Origin: an uncultured cyanobacterium
GTDB taxonomy: Bacteria > Cyanobacteriota > Cyanobacteriia > Pseudanabaenales > Pseudanabaenaceae
Assembly: GCA_963703315.1 (NCBI GenBank)
Contig: OY969811.1
Location: forward strand, 2,720,001-2,784,000
Reading direction: 5' to 3'
DNA: 64,000 nucleotides
Positions 38,590-50,438 of the stretch are shown here, piece by piece. The position numbers and the translations under genes are program-made. How positions within the stretch are numbered: the stretch's first letter is position 1; each line of letters begins with the position of its first letter. The notes under the pieces were generated by a model. That model was not told the origin of the DNA. It made no database searches and was given only the letters and a program-made list of their open reading frames with translations.

Positions 38590-40959
38590 GTGAAAAATCA
38601 AGTATCTATCTTAGTTGTTGATGATGAAGCTGATAATTTTGATGTGATTGACAACCTACTAGGCGATCAAGACTATCAATTGCATTATGCAGCCAGTGGG
38701 GAATCCGCGATCGCTTGCCTTGACTTATTTGAACCAGATTTAATATTGCTAGATGTGATGATGCCCGCCATGGATGGCATTGAGGTTTGTAGAAGGATCA
38801 AAGCTTTGCCTGAATGGAGTTTTGTGCCGATTGTGATGGTGACGGCGCTCAATACTAAAGAAGATTTAGCTAAATGTCTGGAAGCAGGTGCTAATGACTT
38901 CATCAGCAAGCCTCTAAACTCGTTAGAATTCCGAGCTAGGGTGCGATCGATGCTCCGCATTCAAGATCAACACCAGAAACTAGAAAGAGCTTATGCCCTA
39001 ATTCACGCGCAACTAGAAGCCAGTTTAGAAGGGGTCATTGCTGCTGACGAGGAAGGTAAATTAGTCGCCTATAACCAAAAAATGTGCGAGATCTGGGGAA
39101 CTGATCCCGTTACTATCAATCCTAGTGATGAAAAATTACCACTACTGCCACTATTAGAAGAAGCCAATTTTCCGCAAGTAATCACCGAAGTTCTCGAAAA
39201 CACTTACGACTCAACCGATAAAACTACCTATGGTGAAATCGTCCATAACCATCTCACCTACGAATATTTTAGTAGCTCTGTCATGTCTCCTAGTGGCAAG
39301 TTTTTGGGGTTTGTGTGGCGATTTCGAGATGTTAGCGATCGCAAGCAATACGAAGCAACGCTAAAAGAATCGAAAGAAATAGCAGAATCTGCCTTGAAAG
39401 TTAAGTCTGATTTCTTAGCGATGATGAGTCATGAGATCCGCACTCCAATTAATGGCGTACTCGGCATGACCGAGCTACTATCCACCACCACACTCGATCT
39501 CGAACAAAGTAAATTTGTGCAGTCGATCCAAACCAGTGGCGAAATTCTATTGAAAGTAATTAACGATATTCTCGATTTTTCTAAATTAGAATCTCAAAAA
39601 TTATTATTGGAGAACTTACCAGTTGATTTGCACGACATGATCACTGATACTTGCTCACTGCTCAAAAATCAGGCTGAAGCCAAAGGAATTGAAATCAACT
39701 GCCAAATCGATGAAAAAACGCCATCCTATATTCTTGGTGATCCAATTAGGCTAAGACAAATCCTGCTTAACCTAGCTAATAATGCTGTCAAATTTACCAG
39801 TGTTGGCGCAGTCAATCTATCTGTATCACCACAGCTAGACCCACAGCTAGAGCAAGACAACAAATTATCACTACTTTTTGCAGTCAAGGATTCAGGAATT
39901 GGACTCCTCCCTGAACAGATCCAAAAGCTATTTCAATCATTTACTCAAGCCTCGATTTCCACAGCTCGTAATTATGGCGGCACAGGACTAGGCTTAGTGA
40001 TTTGTCAAAAACTAGTGCAGATGATGGGAGGAAAGATTTGGGCAGAAAGTACTTACAATCAAGGTTCTACTTTTTCGTTTGTCATCCCTGTCACCGTAAC
40101 TGACGAAGCGCCATCAACAGTTAATCCAATTATCAACAGGGATAACTCGAACTATGCCAAGTCGCCGATAAAATTAGCCGAAAAATTACCATTAAATCTA
40201 TTAATTGCCGAAGATAACGTAATTAACCAAGAGCTAATGTTGGCGATGTTTGGTAAAATGGGCTATACGCCAGTGATAGCCAATGATGGGATTGATGCTC
40301 TTAACGCCCTCAGAGCCAATAGTTTTGACATTGTATTTCTAGATGTGCAAATGCCGCGCATGAATGGACTAGAAACTGCGGGGCATATTGTAAATGAATG
40401 GGCGGAAATATCGACTAATCCTGTGCGTCCTAAGTTGATTGCCCTAACCGCTAATGCCATGCAAGGCGATCGCGAATTGTGTTTAGCCGCAGGTATGGAC
40501 GATTACATCAGTAAGCCCGTCTCCTTCGACACTTTAACCAGAATCATTGAGCGCTGGGGCAACATTGATCAGCCATCAACAGGTCAAAACATATCCGCAG
40601 ATACATCAACCATCGAATTTGACGATCAAGCCCTCTTAGAAATTGAAAATATATCGACAACCTTACCAAAACGGATGATTAATATATTTATCAATGAAGA
40701 ATGTCGATCGCTAGTCCCTAAACTGCATCAAGCAATATTAGATAACGATGCTCCGCAAGTGGAATACTTAGCACATACCTTAAAAGGTAGTAGTCGGACG
40801 CTTGGAGCTAAGGCTTTGTCAGCAACTTGTTTAGAATTGGAAATTGCAGGTAATAAAGGGCAGTTAGAAGAAGCCGATCGCCTAATGCAAAATATTGATC
40901 GCCTCTTACCCACAGTGATTACTCACCTAGAAAATTACCTTGCTAATCAAAAATCATAG
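38590..40959 (+). CDS. Hybrid sensor histidine kinase REC-PAS-HisKA-HATPase-REC-Hpt
   Basis: LLDVMMP, FLAMMSHEIRTP, NAVKFT, GGTGLGL, FLDVQMP, AHTLKGSS. Confidence 0.93.
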   Translation: MKNQVSILVVDDEADNFDVIDNLLGDQDYQLHYAASGESAIACLDLFEPDLILLDVMMPAMDGIEVCRRIKALPEWSFVPIVMVTALNTKEDLAKCLEAGANDFISKPLNSLEFRARVRSMLRIQDQHQKLERAYALIHAQLEASLEGVIAADEEGKLVAYNQKMCEIWGTDPVTINPSDEKLPLLPLLEEANFPQVITEVLENTYDSTDKTTYGEIVHNHLTYEYFSSSVMSPSGKFLGFVWRFRDVSDRKQYEATLKESKEIAESALKVKSDFLAMMSHEIRTPINGVLGMTELLSTTTLDLEQSKFVQSIQTSGEILLKVINDILDFSKLESQKLLLENLPVDLHDMITDTCSLLKNQAEAKGIEINCQIDEKTPSYILGDPIRLRQILLNLANNAVKFTSVGAVNLSVSPQLDPQLEQDNKLSLLFAVKDSGIGLLPEQIQKLFQSFTQASISTARNYGGTGLGLVICQKLVQMMGGKIWAESTYNQGSTFSFVIPVTVTDEAPSTVNPIINRDNSNYAKSPIKLAEKLPLNLLIAEDNVINQELMLAMFGKMGYTPVIANDGIDALNALRANSFDIVFLDVQMPRMNGLETAGHIVNEWAEISTNPVRPKLIALTANAMQGDRELCLAAGMDDYISKPVSFDTLTRIIERWGNIDQPSTGQNISADTSTIEFDDQALLEIENISTTLPKRMINIFINEECRSLVPKLHQAILDNDAPQVEYLAHTLKGSSRTLGAKALSATCLELEIAGNKGQLEEADRLMQNIDRLLPTVITHLENYLANQKS

Positions 40960-40962
40960 ACC

Positions 40963-42711
40963 ATGAATACTGCATCTATTTTAGTTGTTGACGACGAACC
41001 AAATAATTTTGACGTAATTGATATATTTCTATGCTCTGGTGAAGAATCAGATCAACAAACTGAAGATTATCAATTACATTATGCGGCTAGTGGCAAAACA
41101 GCGATCGCGTCTCTAGAAAACTGTCAGCCTGATTTGATCTTGCTAGATGTAATGATGCCCGAAATGGATGGCATTGAGACCTGTAAGAGAATTAAGATGA
41201 TGCCTAAATGGAGTGCTGTGCCAATTATCATGGTGACTGCTCTAACATCAAAAAATGATTTGGCAAAATGTCTAGAGACTGGAGCCGACGACTTTATCAG
41301 TAAACCAGTTAGCCGCTTAGAGCTAATCTCTAGAGTGCGATCGATGCTGCGGATCTACGATCAATATAAGCAATTAGCCAACTTCAACGCTAAGTTAGAA
41401 TCCATGGTGCAGCAACGCACCTCTCAATTACAAAGTATGCTCTTAGAAGATTCGCTCACCAAATTACCGAGTCGGGTTTTATTGCTGCAAGTCCTAACAG
41501 AACGCTTACAAGCAGAAAATTCATCCCTAGCCCTGATTTACCTAGACTGCGATCAGTTCAAATTGGTCAATGGCTCCTTTGGTCATGCGGTTGGCAATCA
41601 ATTACTAGTTGCGATCGCCAATCGTTTACAGCAACATCTTCGCTCTGGCGATTTACTCGCAAGAATGGGCGAAGACGAGTTTTGCTTCTTAGTTGATCAT
41701 GTTGAAAATGAATCAGACGTTACCGCATTCCGCGAAGAAATTATTAATAGCTTTTCTAAACCATTTCTAGTGTCAAATTGCGAGATCTATATCTCCGTAT
41801 GTATGGGAATTGCTCTGAGTAAAAATAGCAATTGCCAAGCCGAAGAACTTTTACAAGATGCTGATACAGCTATGTATCAAGCAAAATTGCGAGGCAAAGA
41901 TAGTCATCAAGTCTTTGATCGGCAAATGCACAATCTTATGTTAAATCGGCTGACCCTAGAAAATGATCTTACAAGGGGGCTAGAGCAGCAAGAATTTATT
42001 CTCTATTACCAACCAATCATTGATTTGGGAACCGAAAAGCTAGCAGGTTTTGAAGCATTGATCCGTTGGCAACATCCCGATCGCGGTATGGTTTCGCCCG
42101 CCGAATTTATCCCTTCAATGGAAACTACAGGATTAATTGTGCCTGTGGGTATGGTGGTGTTTCAGCAAGCCTGCGAACAATTGCGGATTTGGCAGCAACA
42201 GGGCTGGACAGACATCACCGTGAGCGTGAATCTCTCTGTGCGACAGTTCTCTTGCCCGACCTTACTCGCTGATATCGATCACATTCTTGCGGAAACTCAA
42301 GTAGATCCAACTAAGCTGAAGCTAGAAATTACCGAAAGTGCGATCATGGACAATGCCGAATCGGCGATCGCAATTACCAAAGAGTTGCGATCGCGCCAAA
42401 TCCAAATCAGCATTGATGATTTTGGGACAGGTTACTCTTCGCTCGGTTATCTCCATCGCTTTCCCGTAGACAATCTCAAAATTGATCGCTCCTTTGTCAT
42501 CCAAATCCAATCAGAGAGTCTTAACTACCATGTTATCGATACAATTATTTCTCTCAGCAATCAACTCAAATTAGATGTAATTGCAGAAGGTATTGAAACC
42601 GAAGAACAGCTTAAATGGTTACAAAAAATGGGCTGTAAATACGGACAGGGTTATCTATTCAATAAACCGCTACCGATCGCCGAAGTCGAAAGAATATACA
42701 TTAAGAAGTAA
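40963..42711 (+). CDS. Response regulator REC-GGDEF(degenerate)-EAL, probable c-di-GMP phosphodiesterase
   Basis: GEDEF in place of GGDEF; intact EALIRW, LEITE, DDFGTGYSS, KIDRSF, AEGIE. Confidence 0.9.
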   Translation: MNTASILVVDDEPNNFDVIDIFLCSGEESDQQTEDYQLHYAASGKTAIASLENCQPDLILLDVMMPEMDGIETCKRIKMMPKWSAVPIIMVTALTSKNDLAKCLETGADDFISKPVSRLELISRVRSMLRIYDQYKQLANFNAKLESMVQQRTSQLQSMLLEDSLTKLPSRVLLLQVLTERLQAENSSLALIYLDCDQFKLVNGSFGHAVGNQLLVAIANRLQQHLRSGDLLARMGEDEFCFLVDHVENESDVTAFREEIINSFSKPFLVSNCEIYISVCMGIALSKNSNCQAEELLQDADTAMYQAKLRGKDSHQVFDRQMHNLMLNRLTLENDLTRGLEQQEFILYYQPIIDLGTEKLAGFEALIRWQHPDRGMVSPAEFIPSMETTGLIVPVGMVVFQQACEQLRIWQQQGWTDITVSVNLSVRQFSCPTLLADIDHILAETQVDPTKLKLEITESAIMDNAESAIAITKELRSRQIQISIDDFGTGYSSLGYLHRFPVDNLKIDRSFVIQIQSESLNYHVIDTIISLSNQLKLDVIAEGIETEEQLKWLQKMGCKYGQGYLFNKPLPIAEVERIYIKK

Positions 42712-42745
42712 ATCAAAAGGTGTTACGAAGTAACACTTTCAAGTT

Positions 42746-45700
42746 TCACTGCCCTCGCAATAGTTCTTGAATAGAATTAGATAGATTTCGCAAGCGCACA
42801 GGCTTGGTTATGTACTTGTTAGCTCCTGCCTCTATACATTTTTCGTGATCGCCAGTCATTGCTAAAGCCGTCAGTGCAATAATCGGAATCTCAACCAATT
42901 CAGGATCAAGGCGAATTTGTTTAATTGCTTCCATCCCATCCATAACTGGCATCTGGATATCCATCAAAATCAAGTCGGGATGCTCCGCTTTGGCAAGATC
43001 GATCGCTTCTTGTCCATCAGTTGCCGATAAAATGCGGTAGCCCTTAGCTGTGAGGTAACTGGTGAATGTCGCAATATTAGCCTCGTTATCTTCTGCTAGC
43101 AAAATTAAGGGTGAAATTAGTCCTTCAGTTTGGCTTTGACCTATCTGAGACTGTCCTGACAAGTCCTGCTCAGTTTTTTCTTCGATTGCTGGGGAGTCGA
43201 TATGAATGGGAAGATTAATCGCAAAGCAACTACCGATTCCCAACTCACTTGTCAGTTCTACGTTTCCTCCATGAAGTTCGACAAACTTTCTGACTAAAGC
43301 CAAACCTAATCCCGTGCCATTATATTGACGGTTCAGCGCACTATCGATTTGGATAAAGGGCTGGAACAGTTTCTGTATGTTCTCTGCCGAGATGCCTATT
43401 CCCGTATCAATCACGGCTATCTTTATGTAATTTAGAGGCGTTAGATTAGTTGGACTACTTTCAATTTGAACTTGCGATACTTCTAAAGTGATTGTTCCTC
43501 CTTCTAGAGTGAATTTAACAGCATTATTGAGCAGATTGATTAAGACTTGTCGAATCCGCCTTTCATCTAGCATTATTTCTGGCAAATACTTAGGAATTCT
43601 ATGTATTAATTGAATTCGCTTGGTTAATGCTTGCTGCTTGATAAATGCTAAGCTCGACTTACAGAGACTGTCGAGATCTGTCGCTGTTATCTCTAGCGTG
43701 ACTTGTCCAGACTCAATTTTGGCAACATCGAGAATGTCATTAATCAATGCTAAAAGATGCGTACTGCTACTCTCAATGATTTGCAATGCTTTAAGCTGGC
43801 GCTCATTAATACTGCCAAATACTTCATCCTGTAGAACTTCATTCATTCCCAAAATCGAATTGAGCGGTGTCCGCAGTTCATGGCTCATATTGGCGAGAAA
43901 TTCGTCTTTGAGCTTAGTGGCACGGAGCAGTTCATCGTTAATTTTTTGGAGTTGCGCTTCAGCTTGTTTGCGATCGCTAATATCGCGAATAAAAAAGACT
44001 GCTTCGTCATTTCCACAGGGAGCAACACGCACTTCTTCATAGGTTAGATTTCCCCTAAGCACAATTTGCTGTTCATAAATTTGTAAAACTTGGGTAGTAA
44101 GAGCTTGCTGAAGGTGAAAAAAGTGAAGTTCTGCAATGTAAGAGGGCATAACTTCGTGAATGTTTTTACCAATTACGTGCTTCGGATCGATTAGATTTTT
44201 ATCTTGGGGTGACACCAAAAAATCCACATATTTACCTTGGCGATTAATTCGGAAAACGATATCTGGCAAAGCCAAGAGTGTGGCGCGAGCGCGTTCTTCA
44301 CTACGCTGTAAAGCTCTTTGCATGGTAAAGCGATCGCTAATATCCATCGCAATACCAAACAATCGCGTGCCTTGACTAACGGCATCCCAGACCGCTTCGG
44401 CTTTAATAAAAATATAGCCGTCGGAACCGTCAGCGCGAATAATTTGAATATCAACCTCAAAGTCTTTTTGATGCTGAATTGCATGTTCATTTAATAACTT
44501 CAGACAATCTCGATCATGGACGGCAATGTATTGAAAGAACTCTTCGTATGTTGGTGCGGGACGATTAGGATCAAGCCCAAAAATCTTGAAGATTTCTTCT
44601 GACCAAGTAAATTTGAGGGTAAGAGCATCTAGCTCCCAACTACCAAGATGGGCGATTTGTTGCGCTTCTCGCAGACGAGATTCACTTTGCTGTAATGCCT
44701 CAGTGCGTTGTTGCACGCGATCTTCTAGTTCTCGATTTATCTGCTCTAGGGTTTGATTAGCCTGTTCGCGCTCGATCGCAATTTTGACGATATTGGCGGC
44801 AAGGGCAATTACTTCTAGCTCTTGTATCTGTGGATTGTGGATCTTTTTGTGATAGACAGCAATGGTAGCGAGAACTAGACCATTGCTAGCGATCGCAGGA
44901 AATGACCAACATGCTTGCAGATCGTGAGCCAAGGCTAATTCTTTAAAATCTTGCCAAAGTGGGTCGGTAGCAATATCAGAAACAACCACAGGCTCTTTGC
45001 GAAAAGCTGCTGTTCCGCAGCAGCCAAGACCTTCGCCAATGGAGAGTGTCTTGAGCGCCTGATTGTAAGCTTCGGGTAAATTGGGAGCTGCATTAAGATA
45101 GAGTTTGTTTTTGTGATGATCGCACAGTGAAATAGAACATATTGCGCCCTCAATTTGCGATTCTATAGAAAGCACTAAAGCCCCAAGAATATTGACTAGA
45201 GGCTCCCCCTTGGCGATGCGTCTCATGATCGAATTTTGCATCTCTACTCGCAATTCAGCTTGTTTGCGATCAGTAATGTCTAAATGCGTACCGATCATCC
45301 GTATCGGTTTATCTGCTTCCCATTCAACCACACTTCCCTGAGTCAATATCCAAACCCAAGCACCAGACTTGTGGCGCATCCGTACTTCGCATTCATAATG
45401 ACTAATTTCTTTGCGGAAGTTCCTTTCTAGCGCTAAATTAACCATCTCTAAATCTTCTGGACAAACATACATTTCCCAAGTTTCAATACTAATCGGTTCT
45501 AACTCTGCGATCGTATAACCAATTATTTCTGCCCACCGCTCATTGACAATTAAAATTCCTGTCTGAACTAACCAGTCCCACAGTCCGATCCCTAAACCTT
45601 CTATCGCCATTTGCGAGCGTTCTTTGACTCGATCCAGCTCAACTTTTGCGCGTTGCCGCTCTGAGCGAATTTGCACTTCGCGAATCTCTCGGCGGACTGT

Positions 45701-46045
45701 TTCGGGCAGGCGAGATAAGTTTCCTTTCATGAGGTAGTCATGAGCGCCTGCCTTCATGATTTCGACAGCCGCACTCTCGCCAATCTTGCCAGAAACGACA
45801 ATAAAAGGGATGTCAGGAGCTATTTGCCGAGCGATCTGGAGCGCCGCAGATGCATCAAATTTAGGTAAGTGATAATCAGAAATAATCACATCCCAAGCAA
45901 ATCCAGATAAAGCACTGTGCAGTTCTTCCGCCGTTTCTACTCTTTCTAAAACGGCATCAAACCCACCGCGACGCAGTTCTCGCAGAACTAAAATTGAGTC
46001 GTCCTCTGAATCTTCAATATTTAAAACTTTTAGGCTATCGGTCAT
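42746..46045 (-). CDS. Hybrid histidine kinase REC-PAS-GAF-PAS-PAS-HisKA-HATPase-REC
   Basis: [40 protein letters not shown]. Confidence 0.92.
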   Translation of the reverse strand: MTDSLKVLNIEDSEDDSILVLRELRRGGFDAVLERVETAEELHSALSGFAWDVIISDYHLPKFDASAALQIARQIAPDIPFIVVSGKIGESAAVEIMKAGAHDYLMKGNLSRLPETVRREIREVQIRSERQRAKVELDRVKERSQMAIEGLGIGLWDWLVQTGILIVNERWAEIIGYTIAELEPISIETWEMYVCPEDLEMVNLALERNFRKEISHYECEVRMRHKSGAWVWILTQGSVVEWEADKPIRMIGTHLDITDRKQAELRVEMQNSIMRRIAKGEPLVNILGALVLSIESQIEGAICSISLCDHHKNKLYLNAAPNLPEAYNQALKTLSIGEGLGCCGTAAFRKEPVVVSDIATDPLWQDFKELALAHDLQACWSFPAIASNGLVLATIAVYHKKIHNPQIQELEVIALAANIVKIAIEREQANQTLEQINRELEDRVQQRTEALQQSESRLREAQQIAHLGSWELDALTLKFTWSEEIFKIFGLDPNRPAPTYEEFFQYIAVHDRDCLKLLNEHAIQHQKDFEVDIQIIRADGSDGYIFIKAEAVWDAVSQGTRLFGIAMDISDRFTMQRALQRSEERARATLLALPDIVFRINRQGKYVDFLVSPQDKNLIDPKHVIGKNIHEVMPSYIAELHFFHLQQALTTQVLQIYEQQIVLRGNLTYEEVRVAPCGNDEAVFFIRDISDRKQAEAQLQKINDELLRATKLKDEFLANMSHELRTPLNSILGMNEVLQDEVFGSINERQLKALQIIESSSTHLLALINDILDVAKIESGQVTLEITATDLDSLCKSSLAFIKQQALTKRIQLIHRIPKYLPEIMLDERRIRQVLINLLNNAVKFTLEGGTITLEVSQVQIESSPTNLTPLNYIKIAVIDTGIGISAENIQKLFQPFIQIDSALNRQYNGTGLGLALVRKFVELHGGNVELTSELGIGSCFAINLPIHIDSPAIEEKTEQDLSGQSQIGQSQTEGLISPLILLAEDNEANIATFTSYLTAKGYRILSATDGQEAIDLAKAEHPDLILMDIQMPVMDGMEAIKQIRLDPELVEIPIIALTALAMTGDHEKCIEAGANKYITKPVRLRNLSNSIQELLRGQ

Positions 46046-46470
46046 AGTTTGCGAACCCTAGGATTTAATTCATTAATGACCGCCCAATAAAGCCCCAGTT
46101 GACTCACTGCCTCAGTGAACTTGTCAATTTCCACAGGCTTTCGCACATAGCTATTTGCCCCCAGATTATAGCTCTCAATAATATCACTCTCTTCACTGGA
46201 GGAGGTAAGTACAACCACAGGTAATAGTTTTGTGCGTTCATTAGCGCGAATCTGTCTTAATACTTCTAGTCCATCGACTTTCGGGAGCTTTAAATCTAGT
46301 AAAACGACACTTGGTAGAGGATTGGCATTTAAAACAATTGTTAAGGCTTCCTCCCCATTACGAGCAACAAGAATTTCGTTGGCAATATTGCCTCGGCGCA
46401 AAGCTCGAAGCGTCAATCTTTCATCGTCAGGGTTATCTTCAACTAAGAGAATTGGAGGTAGAGAAGTCAT
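46042..46470 (-). CDS. Single-domain response regulator (Rcp1/CheY-like)
   Basis: [33 protein letters not shown]. Confidence 0.92.
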   Translation of the reverse strand: MTSLPPILLVEDNPDDERLTLRALRRGNIANEILVARNGEEALTIVLNANPLPSVVLLDLKLPKVDGLEVLRQIRANERTKLLPVVVLTSSSEESDIIESYNLGANSYVRKPVEIDKFTEAVSQLGLYWAVINELNPRVRKL

Positions 46471-48872
46471 TATTTAAGCTCCTGTGATGATGAATTAGGT
46501 AAGGTAAAGTAAATGGTTGCGCCTTTTTCGACGGCTCCTTCCGCCCAGACTGTGCCACCATGTCGATGAATTGCCCGTTGCACGGTGGCAAGCCCAATGC
46601 CAGTTCCTGCAAATTCATTAGTATTATGTAGGCGTTGAAAAACCCCAAAAAGCATCTTGGCATAGTTCATGTCAAAACCTGCTCCATTATCTCGCACAAA
46701 ATAAGTGAATTGTTCATCATCTTGTTGACTTTCTGAGGCATTCATACCAAATTCAATCAGAGCAGTGGGATGATGACTGGTAAATTTCCAAGCATTTTGG
46801 ATTAAGTTGCTAATCACCACTCGCATGAGGGTGGAATCGGCTGAGACCCAAACGTTAGGGGCGATCGCAGTTTCTACCTGTCTTTCTGGGTCTGTTGTTT
46901 GTAGTTCATCTAGCTGTTCTTGCACTAATATACTGAGGTTCACCTTCCGATATTCGATATCAGAGCGAGACACGCGGGATAAGCTTAGTAAGTCATCAAT
47001 CAACGTCCCCATCCGAGCTACATTTCTCCGAATTCGATCGAAGTAATCTTTAGCATCGGCATCAAATTTGTCGCCATAGTCTTCGAGTAAGGCTTGGCTA
47101 AAACCATCGATCGCTCGTAATGGCGATCGCAAATCGTGGGAAACCGAGTAAGCAAAAGCCTCTAGTTCAAGATTAGAGGCGGATAACTGGGCGGAGGTTT
47201 CCCTGAGCTTGGCTTCGGCTCGTTTCTGATTGGTGTTATCAATGTTTATTCCAATCATTCGGATTGCTTCACCCTGAGCATCACGCTGTACCAATGCATA
47301 AGCTCTGATAAAGCGAATCGTGCCATCGGGATGAATCACTCGAAATTCGGGGTCGTAGTCTTTTTCGCCTGTTAAAGCTTTTTGAATGGCGGTTTCGGCA
47401 ATGAGGCGATCTTCGGGATGCAGGCTACTCGCCCAAGCATCATAGACGCTTGTAAACCGATCTGGAGTAATGCCATAGAGTTCGTACATGCGATCGTCCC
47501 AAGTGAGAATATTCTCGGTGACGTTCCAATCCCAGATACCAATATTTCCAGATTTGACGGCTAAGGTCAGGCGATCGGAGAGGTCTTGTAATTCTGCTTC
47601 AGCTTGCTTGCGATCGGTAATATCTAGAACTGTACCGATCAGTTTCGCAAATTGATTTTTAGCATCCACAATTGGTTCTCCCCTTGCTAAGAAGTAACCG
47701 AATGAGCCATCACAGCGATAGAATCGAACCTCAAGGTCATAGGATTGGATAGTAGCAATAGCTGTCTGTACTACTTGCTGATGATGGGCGCGATCGTCAG
47801 GATGGATCTGCTCTTGGAGTTCATCAAAACTAGGAGTTCCCATTGCGGGATCGCGACCAAAGATGTGAAATACCTCATCCGACCAAATAACCTGTTCAGC
47901 ATATGGATCGAACTCCCAACTGCCCAATTTAGCAATGCGCTGTGCAGTTTTTAGGTGAATATCGCTCTTCCGCAACTTTTCTTCAGATAGCTTGCGATCG
48001 CTAATATCTTGGGCGACACCTAAAAAGCCAATAATTTGTTGATCGACATCCTTCAGAGCTGTAACAGATAGCAACACAGGAAACCGAGAACCATCTTTGC
48101 GTATGTAAGTCCATTCATCTTCACTAGCAATACCTAGACGAGCTTTGGCGACAAAAACCTCAAAGCCGACAGGAATATCTCGATCAAGTTCAACAGAAAG
48201 TATGGCTGCCTTATCAATTATTTCCTGAGGCTCATGAATAATTGCTGGCGAGACTTTACCAATTACTTCACTAGCACTATAGCCAAGCATTCTCTCAGAT
48301 GCATTATTAAAGGTCTGAATTACGCCATTTAAATCGGTGGTAATAAATGCATAATCAGCACCATCAAGAATAGCTTTTTGCAAATTATTAACTTGCCAAA
48401 GCGCTTGGGTACGTTCTTCGACCTTGGCTTCTAGCTGTTGATTTAGTTGCTGTAGAGCAGCCTCGGATTGTTTGCGATCGCTAATATCTGTAATCGTGCC
48501 GATATAGCCAATAATTTCGCCTGTCTCATTTCGTTCTGACACCGCCTGTCCATACGCCCAAGTAATTTCCCCTGCTTGATTTTGAAGCCGATACTCAAGT
48601 TGGAATGGACGTTTTTCTTGAATAGCGGCATTCCACTCCATCGCCACAAGATCGCGATCGCTGGGATGAATACCATTTATCCAGCCAAGCCCTGCTGCCT
48701 CCTCAGGCGTAAGTCCCGAAATTTGACACCAGCGATCGTTCACATAGAGGCAGTTACCAAGAACGTCAGTACGATAAATTCCTACAGGTGCAGATCTGAT
48801 CAGCGAGATAAGCGTTTGTTCGCTTGCCGACATCAAGTCATTTGCGGAGAAGCTATTTTCAGGGGTAGACAT
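46470..48872 (-). CDS. Multi-PAS sensor histidine kinase
   Basis: Four PAS/PAC modules, [25 protein letters not shown]...GTGIGLA. Confidence 0.92.
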   Translation of the reverse strand: MSTPENSFSANDLMSASEQTLISLIRSAPVGIYRTDVLGNCLYVNDRWCQISGLTPEEAAGLGWINGIHPSDRDLVAMEWNAAIQEKRPFQLEYRLQNQAGEITWAYGQAVSERNETGEIIGYIGTITDISDRKQSEAALQQLNQQLEAKVEERTQALWQVNNLQKAILDGADYAFITTDLNGVIQTFNNASERMLGYSASEVIGKVSPAIIHEPQEIIDKAAILSVELDRDIPVGFEVFVAKARLGIASEDEWTYIRKDGSRFPVLLSVTALKDVDQQIIGFLGVAQDISDRKLSEEKLRKSDIHLKTAQRIAKLGSWEFDPYAEQVIWSDEVFHIFGRDPAMGTPSFDELQEQIHPDDRAHHQQVVQTAIATIQSYDLEVRFYRCDGSFGYFLARGEPIVDAKNQFAKLIGTVLDITDRKQAEAELQDLSDRLTLAVKSGNIGIWDWNVTENILTWDDRMYELYGITPDRFTSVYDAWASSLHPEDRLIAETAIQKALTGEKDYDPEFRVIHPDGTIRFIRAYALVQRDAQGEAIRMIGINIDNTNQKRAEAKLRETSAQLSASNLELEAFAYSVSHDLRSPLRAIDGFSQALLEDYGDKFDADAKDYFDRIRRNVARMGTLIDDLLSLSRVSRSDIEYRKVNLSILVQEQLDELQTTDPERQVETAIAPNVWVSADSTLMRVVISNLIQNAWKFTSHHPTALIEFGMNASESQQDDEQFTYFVRDNGAGFDMNYAKMLFGVFQRLHNTNEFAGTGIGLATVQRAIHRHGGTVWAEGAVEKGATIYFTLPNSSSQELK

Positions 48873-49054
48873 AATATTGTGTAATCCAAAAAATACAGGC
48901 AAAAGTCAGGAATTATTTCTTATTTTACCCCCTACACCTTTAACCATTTGAAAAATTTTGAGAATTATTTGAAAAATTTTTATGTTAAATTCTGTCTTCC
49001 TGTCGAACATCATGCTGTGGCTTTAGCTTTATGTCATGAATTGGTTGGTGATAT

Positions 49055-49135
49055 CTATAACATCTTGAGAATAATTGCAGCCAGATCCTTCAATTTCATA
49101 GGTTTACTTAAATATGCATTTGCCCCTGCTTCTAA
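49055..49135 (-). pseudogene. Detached C-terminal 26 codons of the kinase at 50436-53969
   Basis: LEAGANAYLSKPMKLKDLAAIILKML-stop continues ...AMTGDRDRC in frame across the IS. Confidence 0.9.
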
Positions 49136-49145
49136 GCAGCGATCG

Positions 49146-50438
49146 TAGGGCAACCGCACACGTTTCTTAACAAACTAGCGAACATTTCTTAACGAGGAAA
49201 AAAGGGAGAAACGGGAGAATTGAGGATATTTAGAAAGATAAGTCCAAAATGCTAGCAACAGTCAGTCCCGTCGGATTAATCGAAACCCACTTTGGGAACT
49301 TGCAAGATCCCAGAGCAGCACACAGTATCCTGCATAAGCTACTCGACATATTGATAATCACGATTTGTGCAGTGATCTGTGGAGCCGATAACTTCGTAGC
49401 AATCGCCGAATATGGCAAAGAGAAAGAAGAATGGTTAAAGACATTTTTGGAATTAGCAAACGGCATACCGTCAGTAGATACATTCGAGAGATTATTTGCG
49501 AGACTGAAGCCAGAAGCATTGCAAAAAAGCTTTATTAGCTGGATGGAAGCAGTCCATGAATCCACCGACGGAGAATTGATAAACATAGATGGCAAAACCC
49601 TGAGAGGAGCAAAGGAAGCAGGAAATTCGCGTAGTCTGATTCATATGGTGAGTGTGTGGTCAGCATCACAACATTTGGTATTGGGACAGCAAAAAGTGGA
49701 CGAGAAATCCAATGAAATAACAGCGATTCCATCATTGCTAAAAATGTTAGCGATACGAGGTTGTGTGGTGAGCATAGATGCAATGGGATGTCAGACCGAA
49801 ATCGCGAAAACAATCATCGAAGAGGGAGCAGATTATGTGTTAGCACTGAAAGGCAATCAAGGTAATCTCCATAAAGATGTGCGTGAACTATTTACCTCTG
49901 CACGAGAACAGAACTTCAAAAATATTGAACATCAGTTCTATGAAACGGTTGAGAAAGGACATGGGCGCATTGAAACTCGTCGCTATTGGACAATGGGTAA
50001 TACCGAATACTTAATCGGTGCAGAGAAATGGATAGGTTTGAAAAGTATTGGTATGGTTGAATCAGAGCGCATTATAAATGGAATTATTTCTACTGAGCAG
50101 CGATACTATCTGCTTAGTCTTGAGAGTGATGTCCACAGATTTTCCCAATCTGTCAGAAATCACTGGAGTATTGAAAATCAACTACATTGGATTCTTGATG
50201 TTGGTTTTGGTGAAGATGCTTCGCAATCCTGCCGAGGCTATATTGCCGAAAACTTGGCTGTTATACGTCATATCAGTTTAAATTTGTTGTCAAGAGATAA
50301 AAACAGTAAGGTCGGTGTCAAGACAAAACGTCTTAAAGCTGGCTGGAACAACAACTATCTTAAGGATATCCTGAGTACCTTAAACATAGTCGCTGTCTAA
50401 ATCTCGTTAATTGTTAAGAAACGTGTGCGGTTGCCCTA
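49146..50438 (+). mobile_element. ISAs1 family insertion sequence (1293 bp) with 10-bp TSD GCAGCGATCG
   Basis: TIRs tagggcaaccgcacacgtttcttaacaa / ttgttaagaaacgtgtgcggttgcccta; TSD at 49136-49145 and 50439-50448. Confidence 0.95.
49249..50400 (+). CDS. ISAs1 family transposase
   Basis: LQDPR, GIPSVDTF, IDGKTLRG, KSNEITAIP, IDAMGCQ, KGNQ, HGRIETR, RNHWSIENQLHWILDV. Confidence 0.95.
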   Translation: MLATVSPVGLIETHFGNLQDPRAAHSILHKLLDILIITICAVICGADNFVAIAEYGKEKEEWLKTFLELANGIPSVDTFERLFARLKPEALQKSFISWMEAVHESTDGELINIDGKTLRGAKEAGNSRSLIHMVSVWSASQHLVLGQQKVDEKSNEITAIPSLLKMLAIRGCVVSIDAMGCQTEIAKTIIEEGADYVLALKGNQGNLHKDVRELFTSAREQNFKNIEHQFYETVEKGHGRIETRRYWTMGNTEYLIGAEKWIGLKSIGMVESERIINGIISTEQRYYLLSLESDVHRFSQSVRNHWSIENQLHWILDVGFGEDASQSCRGYIAENLAVIRHISLNLLSRDKNSKVGVKTKRLKAGWNNNYLKDILSTLNIVAV